Shown: positions 49,053 through 60,749 of the stretch, piece by piece
Position numbering within the stretch: position 1 is the stretch's first letter
Layout of the letters: each line of letters opens with the position of its first letter
Origin: Squalus acanthias
Lineage: Eukaryota
Length of the DNA: 64,000 nt
Reading direction: 5' to 3'
NCBI GenBank assembly: GCA_030390025.1
Contig: CM059425.1
Coordinates: 177,322,001-177,386,000 of the forward strand
Notes under the pieces: generated by a model
What the model was told of the DNA's origin: nothing
The model's database searches: none
The model's input: only the letters and a program-made list of their open reading frames with translations
Translations under genes and position numbers: made by a program

Positions 49053-51074
49053 AAAGTCTACACACATAACACCTTTAGTTCCACAATAATTTAATTGTGA
49101 ACCTATACTGGGTGCCTATGTGCATGCTTAGTGCTTATCACCACTGTGCTTCCCCTTGATACTAACGTGTGAAGTATGAACTCTTGACCCTAAGCTAATG
49201 CTTCTCCTAGGTGCTACCTGAGTGGCAGGAGAGACTGAGGTGGCTGATGCTGTGGGTCAATATAAGCCCTTTGGTGGCTCTCATTTCATAGTGCCTAAGT
49301 CCTGAGATGGACCTTCTGCTGGCTGCACTTTGTGCTGCCACGTGGCCAACCTGGCCCTACCTCCGTTTTGCCATATGTGCAGGGATTGGAGGGGGCTGGC
49401 AGGATAGCCACTATCCTGAGAGACAGCAGCAACATGTGAGCACATTATTTCCATGCCACTAGTACTGGACATGAACTTTGCATGGCCACTGATCTGAGGG
49501 AAAGCAAACCTGTTGGCACCACTGAGATCACTGAAGTTCTGCCTCAGGGTTTTTGCAGCTGTTCAGCAAGCCTGTCAAAGCCAGAAGAGGCAGCCCTGTC
49601 CAATCTTATACTCCAGACCCATTTGACAACAATCTGAGCATCCATGGAAGAACCACAGGCTGTCCTTAGGACAGGTCATGGGAACCTCTGCTGCAAATGT
49701 CCCTGGAACTGCCATGCCTGGTGGGCTACAGTCCGTAATGTTTTGATAATTAACGGTGGACAGGAGAGTGTGGAAGGCATCCAACATGATCTTTGGAGCG
49801 TTCTGCAGAAAATTGAAGAGTAATTTTTAGCCCTGTGGTCCACTATCTCATTCATGGCAACATGAAGGTGCAAATTTCAGTTTACAGTAGACAAGTGCTG
49901 GGGTTCCCCTCTTCGGGGCATTAGTTCTGATGAAGCGGAATTTGTATCCCCTCCTTCAAATCCACCTTGACCCGACCCATTTTCTTGGATCGGGGCTCAT
50001 CAGAGAAGCACAGCGCAGTCACGGTGAGATTCCCACTGCCAAGAGGGAGGTCGGTAGTGTGAAGAGGAGACTCGATGGTGCTGCAGCACCAGAAGAGCCG
50101 GCGAGGGACCTTAAAGAATTGCCCTGAAGATCCAAATCACTTTCCCGCTGCGGGCTTTGCCGAGGCCAGGGTCTGCAGCAGGTAAGTGTTTGAGGCCAGA
50201 CTGGAGGAAGAGGAGGCCACTACAGGAGAATCTCAGGGCTGTTACCTACTGCTTCCCAGAGCATACCCCCACCTTCCCCATGGCACTCCCAAGAAGCAAC
50301 GGTGACACAGACAGGAGGGAATTAATGTAGAGTCTCAGGCCTCACCCCATGTGCATGTGGTGGGCAGAGAAGGAGAGATTAGCGGCGATCCCACATGATT
50401 TGGGGTGGGATCGTGCAGGGTGATCCTGGCCAAGGTGTCCTTATGGAGACTGCCTTTTTGCTGTGAACACAAGTTAAAAATGTTGGAAGAAAGCCCAAAT
50501 TGTAAGTCTTCCAGGAAGGACTGAAATGGTTTGCCATGTGATTTCGCTTAATTTCATATTAAGATATTCCACCGAGTCTGCATGTGTTTTACATTCACCT
50601 CCTGCAGCTGAATGTTGTTGTTTAATAGACTCCTCAAAGTAGAAGTTAATCTTCTGAGCACAGCACTCAGCATAGTGCTGCTCCTTCAATAGTGTCTTTG
50701 TCACACAGAGCCCTTAGGGCAGGTCTAAGGCTGGAGCAATTCCAGTAACCACAAAGTGTATCATTGTATCATACCTATTTTGAATAATTTACTTATTGAA
50801 TCAAGCTTTTTGAGGGTATATTTTCTCCTTTATATCCTGCCAAGTTCTATGGTCATGCAACTAATCTGTGCCAAACTACTTTCCTTGTTGCACCGCTCCT
50901 ACATTTGCTAAGACTCTTTACAAACTTTAAGAGGAGTCAGTCTAAAATGTGCTGTTTAGTATTCTTGCTGAGGTGTTTTTATGATGGGGTTTGAACTTGT
51001 GCCGGTAGACCAATGGTCTGATTTTCCATGAGACACAATCCCCGCTGGAAATGTAGTGGCCAGGAAAGCACCCC

Positions 51075-51421
51075 ACTCCTCCCCCACTCCCCCTCGCCCT
51101 CCCCCTGCCCTTCCCCCCTCTGCCCCCTCCTCCTCTCTGCCCCCTCCCCTGCCCTTCCCCCCTCTGCCCCCTCCTCCTCTCTGCCCCCTCCCCCTGCCCT
51201 TCCCCCCTCTGCCCCCTCCTCCTCTCTGCCCCCTCCCCCTGCCCTTCCCCCCTCTGCCCCCTCCTCCTCTCTGCCCCCTCCCCCTGCCCTTCCCCCCTCT
51301 GCCCCCTCCTCCTCTCTGCCCCCTCCCCCTGCCCTTCCCCCCTCTGCCCCCTCCCCCTGCCCTTCCCCCCTCTGCCCCCTCCTCCTCTCTGCCCCCTCCC
51401 CCTGCCTTTCCTCCCCTGCCC
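51075..51421. repeat. 45-bp C/T-rich minisatellite, about 7 units
   Basis: Unit CCCCCTGCCCTTCCCCCCTCTGCCCCCTCCTCCTCTCTGCCCCCT. Confidence 0.92.
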
Positions 51422-51721
51422 CATACCATCCAAATTCATCAGCCCAATTTATTGTGCCCTGGCATTAAAATTGATTTAATTGAACAGAAAATCATGGCAG
51501 TGTACCTGCGATTATCCAATATGCACTGCCTGTGTGTGAGGCTCTGTTGGCAGCACAGAGTTTTACAAAGGCTAATTGTCTTTCAATATGAGCCCTAGTA
51601 AGTCAGAGTAGACAAAAGGGGAAGGGAATTCTCCAGAGAATGTCGGAAAATTTGGATGGTGTGACCTACCACCGCCTCACCCCGCCAACTAGGATTTCCC
51701 TCCCCCCACCGGGACTAACAT

Positions 51722-52051
51722 GAAGGATGTTCCCGATGGCGGGGGAGTCCAGAACCAGGGGTCACAGTCTAAGGATAAGGATTATGCCATTTAGGACTGA
51801 GATGAGGAGGAATTTCTTCACCCAGAGAGTGGTGAACCTGTGGAATTCTCTACCACAGAAGGCAGTTGAGGCCAAATCATTAAATATATTCAAGAAGGAG
51901 TTAGATTTATTTCTTAAGGCTAAAGGAATCAAGGGATATGGGGAGAAAGCAGGGACAGGGTACTGAATTTGGATGATCAGCCATAATCTCATTAAATGGC
52001 GGAACAGGCTCGAGGGGCCAAATGGCCTACTCCTGCTCCTATCTTCTATGT
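51722..52051 (+). mobile_element. CR1 3' fragment
   Basis: ORF 51727-51966 plus CR1 3' UTR. Confidence 0.88.
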
Positions 52052-52991
52052 TAACATTGGACGCCCTTTCCCCATCCGCCACTTGCAAATGACGACGAGT
52101 AGGCAGGGCCCAGGAAAATGGGTCGGTGTTGGGGAGACTATGAAGGGGTGGGTGAAAGGCCCACACAACCAGAACTCTGCCTCGGAATGGAGAATGCCCT
52201 CCAATGAGCATGGTTTTCCTCACCATCCCGATCCAAGGCCTAAGTGGGTTGGGGCCTATTGGACTAAGCCACCACTGAGCCTAGCAAAGTTTCCACGGTA
52301 AGCTTTATATGGATTTTCATTGGTAGGCTCCCAGTGGGATTCCCACCTCTGCTTAATAGCTGATTAGTGGGGGGCAGGGGACAGGAAACGGTCATTCCTG
52401 TAGGAGACAGACACCTGTAGCAGAATAAAATAGAGGAGGCGACCAGGGAGGGCCACAAACATTTTTAGTCTCCAAAGAGGGCAAAACCTACTTTTGTAGG
52501 TCTGTAAATCCATTCTGCCTAAATCTATTTGTCATCCTGTCTTGGCCCATTAAATTCTCTCTGCTGTTCCATCTCCCTTAGCAATGCTGGATGCCTGTTA
52601 AATGCTGCCGTAAGTAGCACTTAATGTTACCAAGGCAATAACAACAGAAAATATGATATATGTCATCACTCCATCACTATCGCCTGATTAGAATAGGCCC
52701 ACCTATATTTGAGCAGGTATTCCCAGTGTCCAGCAGAATGACAGCAGAGGATGTGTCAGTGACAAAAATGGAAGGCAATGCACTGTAATGTTCTGATCCA
52801 TTACTACTGATAAAGTGGTGGCATCGCTGCAGAAAATCCTGCTGAATGCATTTAGCTACTTCTCCCCAGTCTGCAAACACACAGATTTTAACACCTCAAA
52901 AGGGGGTGGCGCAGACATCAAGGAGCAATCTAGAATATGATGTGGAGATGCCGGCGTTGGACTGGTTGAACCAGGAACACTCCTCGTCACA

Positions 52992-54362
52992 ATGGACGTA
53001 TCGGCACTCTACACCAATATCCCCCACAATGACGGCATCGCTGCGACAGCCTCAGTACTCAACACCAACAACAGCCAATCTCCGGACGCCATCTTACAAC
53101 TCATCCGCTTCATCCTTGACCACAATGTCTTCACCTTCGACAACCATTTTTTCACCCAAACACACGGAACAGCCATGGGGACCAAATTCGCACCCCAATA
53201 CGCCAACATCTTCATGCACAAGTTCGAGCAAGACTTCTTCGCTGCACAGGACCTCCAACCAACGCTGTACACCAGATACATCGACGACATCTTCTTCCTT
53301 TGGACCCACGGCGAAGGATCACTGAAAGGACTACACGATAGCATCAACAGGTTCCATCCCACCATCAAACTCACCATGGACTACTCCTCAGAATCGGTTT
53401 CATTCTTGGACACACGAATCTCCATCAAAGACGGACGCCTCAGCACTTCACTCTACCGCAAGCCCACGGACAACCTCACGATGCTCCACTTCTCCAGCTT
53501 CCACCCTAACCACGTTAAAGAAGCCATCCCCTATGGACAAGCCCTGCGAATACACAGGATCTGCTCAGACGAGGAGGAACGCGATGGACACCTACGGACA
53601 CTGAAAGACGCTCTCGTAAGAACGGGATATGACGCTCGACTCGTCGATCGACAGTTCCGACGGGCCACAGCGAAAAACCGCATAGACCTCCTCAGAAGAC
53701 GAACACGGGACACAACCAACAGAGTACCCTACGTCGTCCAGTACTTCCCCGGAGCGGAAAAACTACGCCATGTTCTTCGCAGCCTTCAACATGTCATCGA
53801 TGACGACGAACACCTTGCTAAGGCCATCCCCACGCCTCCACTACTCGCCTTCAAGCAGCCGCCTAACCTCAAAAGTACCATCGTTCGCAGCAGATTACCC
53901 ATCTTTCAGGAGAACAGCAACCAAGACACCACACAACCCTGCCACGGCAACCTCTGCAAGACATGCCAAATCATGGACACAGATACCATCATTACACGTG
54001 AGGACACTACCCACCAGGTACACGGTACATACTCATGTGACTCGGCCAACGTTGTCTACCTGATACGTTGCAGTAAAGGATGCTCCAGAGCATGGTACAT
54101 CGGCGAGACCATGCAGACACTGAGACAACGTATGAACGGACACCGCGCAACAATCGCCAGGCAGGAGGGTTGCCTCCCAGTCGGGGAACACTTCAGCAGC
54201 CAGGGGCATTCAGCCTCGGATCTGCGGGTAAGCGTTCTCCAAGGCGGCCTTCGAGATACACGGCAGCGCAAAATCATAGAGCAGAAACTGATAGCCAAGT
54301 TCCGCACTCATGAGGATGGCCTCAATCGCGATATCGGGTTCATGTCACGATACAGAACGTGA
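52992..54362 (+). CDS. Penelope-type RT (C-terminal part) plus GIY-YIG endonuclease, uninterrupted
   Basis: DVSALYTNIP, GTAMG..AP.YANIFM, RYIDD, FLD, YRKPT; C..CKTC, VVYLIRC..C...YIGET, RMNGH, HF, EQKLI, GLN. Confidence 0.92.
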   Translation: MDVSALYTNIPHNDGIAATASVLNTNNSQSPDAILQLIRFILDHNVFTFDNHFFTQTHGTAMGTKFAPQYANIFMHKFEQDFFAAQDLQPTLYTRYIDDIFFLWTHGEGSLKGLHDSINRFHPTIKLTMDYSSESVSFLDTRISIKDGRLSTSLYRKPTDNLTMLHFSSFHPNHVKEAIPYGQALRIHRICSDEEERDGHLRTLKDALVRTGYDARLVDRQFRRATAKNRIDLLRRRTRDTTNRVPYVVQYFPGAEKLRHVLRSLQHVIDDDEHLAKAIPTPPLLAFKQPPNLKSTIVRSRLPIFQENSNQDTTQPCHGNLCKTCQIMDTDTIITREDTTHQVHGTYSCDSANVVYLIRCSKGCSRAWYIGETMQTLRQRMNGHRATIARQEGCLPVGEHFSSQGHSASDLRVSVLQGGLRDTRQRKIIEQKLIAKFRTHEDGLNRDIGFMSRYRT

Positions 54363-54581
54363 CTTGACATCATGGCCGGTCTTCCCAGCTGTTTTTTTTT
54401 TTAAAAAGGCTAACACAAGAACACAAATTGACAGGATATGCAGCCAGCAGGTGGTTTGACACGTTGGACCCCCTGGGACACATCTCATTGTCTTGACTGT
54501 GCTCTTTGTTGCAGGGAATAATGTGAATAGATTTTGTCTGGGTTTAAATTGTGAATTCTGGGAGATTCTCTCATTGCTAAC

Positions 54582-54620
54582 TTACCTGACGAAGGAGCGA
54601 ACTGCTTCGAAAGCTTGTAA
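54582..54620 (+). ncRNA. Minimal type I hammerhead ribozyme motif (Penelope-associated)
   Basis: TTAC-CTGACGA-A-GGAGC(gaact)GCTTC-GAAA-GC-TT-GTAA: catalytic boxes, 5-bp stem II, palindromic AGCT in place of stem III, 4-bp stem I. Confidence 0.75.
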
Positions 54621-54843
54621 AATTAAATAAATCTGTTGGACTATAACCTGGTGTTGTGCGACTTCTCAATCTAGAATAGGCAGGTCATTCAAATATATTT
54701 GAACCCGGAGAGCTTTGTGCATCGGCTGCTCTTCTGAAACAAAGACAAAAAAACTCTTTTAAAGATACAGCTAATCTGCAGCAAAACTTAGTGCCTATTA
54801 CTCTGACTATTTAAAGTCAAATGAGAAAGATATAAACTGAATT

Positions 54844-55738
54844 AAAACCAGAAAATGCTGGAAATACTCAGCAGGTCAGACAGCATCTATGGAGAGAGAA
54901 ACAGAGTTAACGTTTCAGCTCGATGACCTTTCATCAGAACTGGAAAATGTTACAGATGTAACAGGTTTTAAGGAAGTACAGAAGCAGAGAAAGGGGGATG
55001 GGGAGGAAAGAACAAAAGGGAAGGTCTGTGATAGGATGGAAGGCAGGAGAGATTGAATGATAAAAGGGATGATGGTGCGAGGCAAAAGGGATGGTAATGG
55101 GACAAGTAAAGAAACAAAAGATGTGTCTAGAAGAGGTATAAATGGGAATAGCAGAATCAGCATCTGCTGTCTGAAAAAAGGGGGGTAACATTAAAGCGAC
55201 AGGCGACCGGAAGCTTGGGGTCACGCTTGCGGACTGAATGGAGGTGTTCTGCAAAGCAGTCTCCCAATCTTCGTTTGGTCTCCCCAGGGTAGAGGAGACA
55301 CTCTACATTGGAACGGAGGTGTTGCAGAAACACCTCCATTCAGTCCACAAGCATGACCCTGAGTTTCCGGTCGCCTGTCACTTTAATTCTCCGCTCCACT
55401 CTCACTTTGATCTCTCTGTCCTCGGCCTCCTTTCCTATTCAATGACGCTCAACGTAAGCTCATGGAACAGCACCTCATCTTTCGATTAGGCACTTTACAG
55501 CCTTCCAGACTCAACACTGAGTTCAACAATTTCAGGTCATAATATCTGCCCCTATTTTTTTGGACAACAGGTGCTGATTCTGCTATTCCCATTTACACCT
55601 CTTCTAGACCCATCTTTTGTCATCGATCTGAAACATTAACTCCGTTTCGCTCTCTACAGATGCTGCCTGACCTGCTGAGTATTTCCAGCATTTTTCATTT
55701 TTAGTCCAGATTTCCAGCATCCGCAGTATTTTGCTTTT
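54844..55738. mobile_element. Non-autonomous Penelope derivative with inverted structure
   Basis: 14-bp TSD ATATAAACTGAATT; inverted ends; GIY-YIG C-terminal remnants on both strands (GETKRRLGDCFAEHL and HL..V....PVACHFN); minus-strand hammerhead motif at 54905-54941. Confidence 0.82.
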
Positions 55739-56719
55739 ATATAAACTGAATTGTTCCTTATTTAATGCGCAACAAAGCTCTGCTTCTATCACGTAAGTAT
55801 CAGTGGTAATTGCCTTAGAAGCTTTCCATAATTGTTGTATTAAAACTGTTTCTGCCAACATCAAGTGCACTGAGGCTGAAATTCCACAGGAGTTCCACTT
55901 GCCTCCTGCTGTAACTCCAGCGGGTGCCCGATGGAACCCTAGGAAGTTGGTGGAAATGGCCATTCTGCTGTTTCACTGGGTGTTCCGCCAGTCCCTCACT
56001 CGAGTTATGGCAGGACACCGGTGGAATCCCCATTTTGTTTTAGGGCAACCCTTTTTTAATGTTGTCTAATTCTCCGTGTGATTTTCTTCCTTTTGCTGCG
56101 GGTGGTAGCTCACATTAGGGAACATTTCCACGGGAGTTGGCAACATCAACAGAATGTGCTCCTAATAGTGACTGGTCGTGATATGTAAACAAGCTGATTA
56201 ATTTGCACAATTAAATGTGAGTCATCCTGGGTCAATCACCCATATCTACTGATGCTAATTCAGCTCCCTTTCGCTGTCAAGTTCAGTAACATCCCCCAGC
56301 CAATTCCTTAATGATGCAAGGTGAGTGGTGTAGCAGGCTGCAGCCAAAAACAACTGTAGCAAGGCCAGAAGTCTAATTCATTTAAGCCTGTGCGTGAAAA
56401 AATTATATCAAAGGACTAACAGGCAAGTCACAGATTTCCCACAGCCATGCTCCAGGAACTCAGACTGACCAAGTGATCAACTCTCCGTTTGAACTTCTGC
56501 ATTCAAGGGCAGGCTGGAATAAAGCTTTAAAGGGGAAGCTGTGTAAAAAGCTCGACCAATCTTATTTGGTGCAGATATTTTTTTCAATTGATACAGAGTG
56601 TTAGGGTGCAGCTGCAAGAGTTATTTGTCTTCCTGGTATAAATTTGACTGGCTAAAATTCAAGCAACTCTTAAAGTGCTGCTCTAGCTGTAATCTCATAG
56701 AAAACATTATTTATTATTC

Positions 56720-57270
56720 ATTCACTTACTTACCCTTTTCTACCCTTTGCCAGATAAGGCTGCAGTCAGATTCTTCCTTCTACCTCAATATTTCGTTACT
56801 GCCTGTAATTCTGTCCAGCTTCAGCAGTCTCATCTATCTTGCCCTGGCACAAAAATTCTTGTACATGCCAGGTCCCACACTCACCTCCTGCCAATTGATG
56901 TTGATTCAAGAGATATGCGTTGAACGCCTTCTTGGTTAATCCTCAGCAAATGAATGATAGACTCTCATTCTTTTGCTGATCTCATATTTGACTGGGATTG
57001 GGCCTATTTTCTCACAAAGCCTTTCATTCAGGTAAAAAAAATGCCATAATTTTCCTTAGGCAGCCAGTTATGAAATGTTTCAGCCTCCAGATATTGGCTG
57101 CTGTTAACCTTGCTCTTGTTCTTGTGCTTGTCTCATTCTTGCTAACATTAAGGCCCGCTTTTTTGCCTGGAGTAGATTCTGATGACTTAGCATATCAATT
57201 CCTCACTGTGAGATGAGTGCTGTATCAGCAGCAAAATCCATGTCTTCCAAGCATTCATTCTCTTTCCATG
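56720..57270 (-). mobile_element. Old RTE-clade LINE 3' remnant
   Basis: Minus strand reads LEDMDFAADTALIS, AGLNVSKNET and CLRKIM; (TAAG)n-like tail near 56725. Confidence 0.55.
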
Positions 57271-57301
57271 TGGTTTTCCACTCAGTCCATGACGAGCAAT
57301 A

Positions 57302-59590
57302 TCATAGAGTCATAGAGGGAAAAATACAGTTGCTTTGCGCCTCCCGTTAGCGCCCTAAGAGGGCGCTAATGGGGCGCAAAGCAACTGGCGTCGGGGCGCG
57401 GCACCACCAATGCCTCACATGAAATTCAGCGGGAGGTTAGCGGCGGCGCTAACTGTTAGCGCCCCGCGGAGCTGTGCCGCCGGCGATGACGTCATCGCTG
57501 TGAGCAGCGCCCCGCTCGCGCCCCGGCCGCGATCTTCGGTAGTGACCCCATACTTACCGCCGAACGCTATGTCCGATGGGGTCAGGGGGGTCTACCTGCA
57601 GCCGGGGCGGTGCTATTTAAAGGCGAGGTGCCGGGCGGCCATTTTTGTTGCTGGCCGCCTGCCTGCACCTGCCTCCGCTCCCATCCCCGGCCTCCATACC
57701 CGGCCCCCCCCGCAGAGTGCCGGCTGTGCTCCATGAGCCCGGCACTTATCTTGAGTGCCGGGCTCTTTTGCCAGCACTCCCGATCCCTGGGGGCCCAATT
57801 GGGCCCCGGGTCGCGCTGCGCAAGGCCCTTCCCCTTTAAGAAGGGGAGGAAGGCCTGCAATATCGCAGCGCGACGTGCACGTAGCGCCGCGATATTCCCT
57901 CGCAGTGCCCCAAGAGGGAGGTGGGGCATTTCCAGTAGAGCCCCGCTTCCCTCTTGGGGCGCTACCGATTAGTTTCGGACGCGGGGGTGCTAATTTAGCG
58001 CCCCGGCGAAGTTAGCATCCCAAAGGGGGAGCGACTCAATTTTTCGCCCATAGAGTCATAACGGCACAGAAGGAGGCCATTCGGCCCATCGAGTCCATGT
58101 CGGCTCTCTGTAGAGCAATCCAGTCAGTCCCATTCCCCCGCTCTATCCCCGTAGCTCTTCAAGTTTATTTCCCTCAAGTGCCTATCCAGTCTCCCCTTGA
58201 AAACATTGAGTGTCTCCGCTTCCACCACTTCCGTCGGCAGCGAGTTCCAGGTCCTCACAACTCGCTGAAGTTTTTCCTCACATCCCCCCTGTACCTCTTG
58301 CCTAAAACCTTAAATCTGTGTCCCCTAGTCCTTGTACCATCAACTAGTGGGAACCGCCTTTCCCTGTCTATCCTATCCAAACCCGTCATAATCTTGTACA
58401 CCTCTATCAAATCACCCCTCAACCTCCTTTGCTCTAATGAAAACAAATCCAGCTTCTCCAACCTGTCCTTGTAGCTAAGATCCCCCATCCCCAGAACCAT
58501 TCTGGTAAATCTCCTCGGCACCCTCTCAAGGGCCTTCACATCCTTCCTAAAGTGTGATGACCAGAACTGGACGCAATACTCCAGTTGTGATCTAACCAGT
58601 GCTTTATAAAGGTTCAGCATAACTTCTCTACTTTTGTACTCAATACCTCTATTTATGAAGCCCAAGACCCCATATGCTTTGCTAACCACTCTCTCAATAT
58701 GTCCTGCCACCTTCAGGGACCGATGCACATTAACTCCCAGGTCCCTCTGTCCCTGCACACTCTTTAAAACCGTGCCATTAAGTGTATATTGCCTCTCCCT
58801 GTTCCTTCTGCCAAAATGCATCACCTCACACTTCTCTGTATTAAATTCTATCTGCCACTTGTCTGTCCATTCTGCTAGTCTTTCTATGTCCTGTTGCAGT
58901 CGATTGGTATCATCCTCACTGTTTGCCACACCCCCAAGTTTGGTGTCATCGGCAAATTTAGAAATTCTACTCTGTATTCCAATATCCAGGTCATTTATAT
59001 TTATCAAAAAAAGCAGTGGCCCCAGCACTGACCCTTGGGGAACACCACTGTCTACCATCCTCCAGTCTGATAAACAGCCATTTACCACAACTCGCTGTTT
59101 TCTGTCCTTAAGCCAATTCCTGATCCTAGCTGCCACTGATCTATCTATTCCATGAGCCTCAATTTTGTTAACCAGCCTTCTATGTGCTACTTTGCCAAAC
59201 GCCTTCCGAAAAGGGCAACATCTATTGCATTCCCTTCATCAATCCCCCCTGTTACTTCATCTAAAAATTCAATTAGATTAGTCAAGCACGATCTACCCTT
59301 TACAAATCCGTGTTGGATCTCCTTAATTAGCTTAAACCTCTCCAAGTGCCTGTTAATTTTTTCCTTGATTATTGTTTCTAAAACTTTACCCACCACTGAT
59401 GTTAAACTGACCGGCCTGTAATTACTAGGATTGTCCTTACATCCTTTCTTGAACAATGGTGCCACATTTGCCACTTTCCAATCCTTAGGCATCTAGGGAA
59501 GATTGGAAAATTATGGCAAGCCCTTCCGCTATCTCCTCCCCCATTTCCCTTAGCAACCTGGGATGCAAGCCATCTGGAGCAGGCGATTGG
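57302..59590 (-). mobile_element. CR1 fragment (second subfamily, ACTCTATG tail), tail split by a MITE
   Basis: ORFs 59187-59492 and 58255-59136; CATAGAGT repeats at 57303 and 58049. Confidence 0.9.
57315..58049. mobile_element. Harbinger MITE (GC-rich family) inserted in a CR1 tail
   Basis: Ends GAGGGAAAAAT / AATTTTTCGCCC; TSD ATA; subterminal blocks shared with 30687-31576. Confidence 0.8.
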
Positions 59591-59724
59591 GAAAAAAAAG
59601 CATCGCTGCCTGATCTTATTATCAACAAATTGGCAGCTGTCCACTATACACTCCACTTTTTTCCCCTGAAAAATCAAAGATTAAGGAAAAAGACACTACA
59701 ATTAAAAGCAGTTTTGATGACTCC

Positions 59725-60128
59725 CACAATGATTCAGTGGGTGACTGCATTAGTCAGAAAGTTGTGCATTCAAATCCCACTCCAGAGATTTGAGCACAAA
59801 ATCTGAGCTGACATTTCAGTGCAACACTGAAGGAGTACTGCATTGTTGGAGGTGGCGTATTTCAGATGAGACCCCGTCTGCCATCTCAGCTGGATGTAAA
59901 AGATCCATGGCACGATTTCAAAGAAGAGCAGGGAGTTCTCCATTTTGTCCTGGCCAATATTTACCCCTCAATCAACATCACTAAAGCATACTGCTGTTTG
60001 TGGGAGCTTGCTGTGTGCAAATTGGTTGCTACGTTTCCTGTATTACAACCATGACTATACTTTAAAAGTACTTCATTGGCTGTAAAGTGGTTTGGGATGT
60101 TGTGAAAGGCGCTATATAAATGTAGGTC
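59725..60128 (+). mobile_element. DeuSINE, degenerate
   Basis: Decayed A/B boxes, Deu core, AAAGGCGCTATATAAAT tail. Confidence 0.72.
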
Positions 60129-60144
60129 TTTTTTTTCTTTTGTT

Positions 60145-60749
60145 TTGCATTGCTTGTATGGTACTGGTAAATCAGGAAGATCCCAGATTCATAATACAGT
60201 AGAGAATCAAGCAGAATACAGAAAGTGCAGAGGAGGCAAAGGAGCAAAGAGAGCGCATGAGAAAAGATTAGCGGGTAACATAAAAGATAACATTAAAGTC
60301 TTTTATAATCATATAAAGAGTAAGAGGGTACTCAAAGGAAGGTGGAGCCGATTAGGGCCCAAAAAGGAAATCTTATTGTGGAGGCAGAGGGCATGGCTGA
60401 GGTACTGAATGGGAAATTTGCATCTATCTTCAATAAAGAAGAGGATGCTGCCAATGTCACAGTAAAGGAGATGGGGTAAAGAAATTGGATAAGATAAAAA
60501 TAGATAAAAAGCAGGTACTTAAAAGGTTGGCAGCACTCAAAGTAAAAAGGTCATCCAGACCAGATAGGATGCATCCCAGGTTGCTGAGGGAAGTAAGGCT
60601 GGCGATAGTAGAGGCTCTGACCACAATCTTTCAATCCTCCTTGGAGATGTGAGTGGTGTCAGAGGACTGGAGGGTTGCAAATGTTACACCCCTGTTAAAC
60701 AAAGGGGAGCGGGATAAACGTTCATTCTGGGGAAACTTCTAGAGACCAT
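60145..60749 (+). mobile_element. CR1 internal fragment (APE-RT linker)
   Basis: AKRAHEKRLAGNIKDNIKVFY; EDWRVANVTPL..KG. Confidence 0.75.

Larger units (their letters stand above)
52938..54666 (+). mobile_element. Penelope-like retroelement, 5'-truncated
   Basis: 12-bp TSD CAATCTAGAATA (52926-52937 / 54667-54678); RT + GIY-YIG ORF; 3' repeat with hammerhead motif and AATAAA. Confidence 0.93.

Noticed and set aside
50942..51598. Gly/Arg-rich and Pro-rich ORFs
   Set aside because: They are translations of the 45-bp minisatellite and are open in several frames on both strands.
57315..58049. CpG-island promoter or GC-rich ORFs
   Set aside because: The region is bounded by TIRs and a TSD and is homologous to the MITEs at 30687 and 35568.
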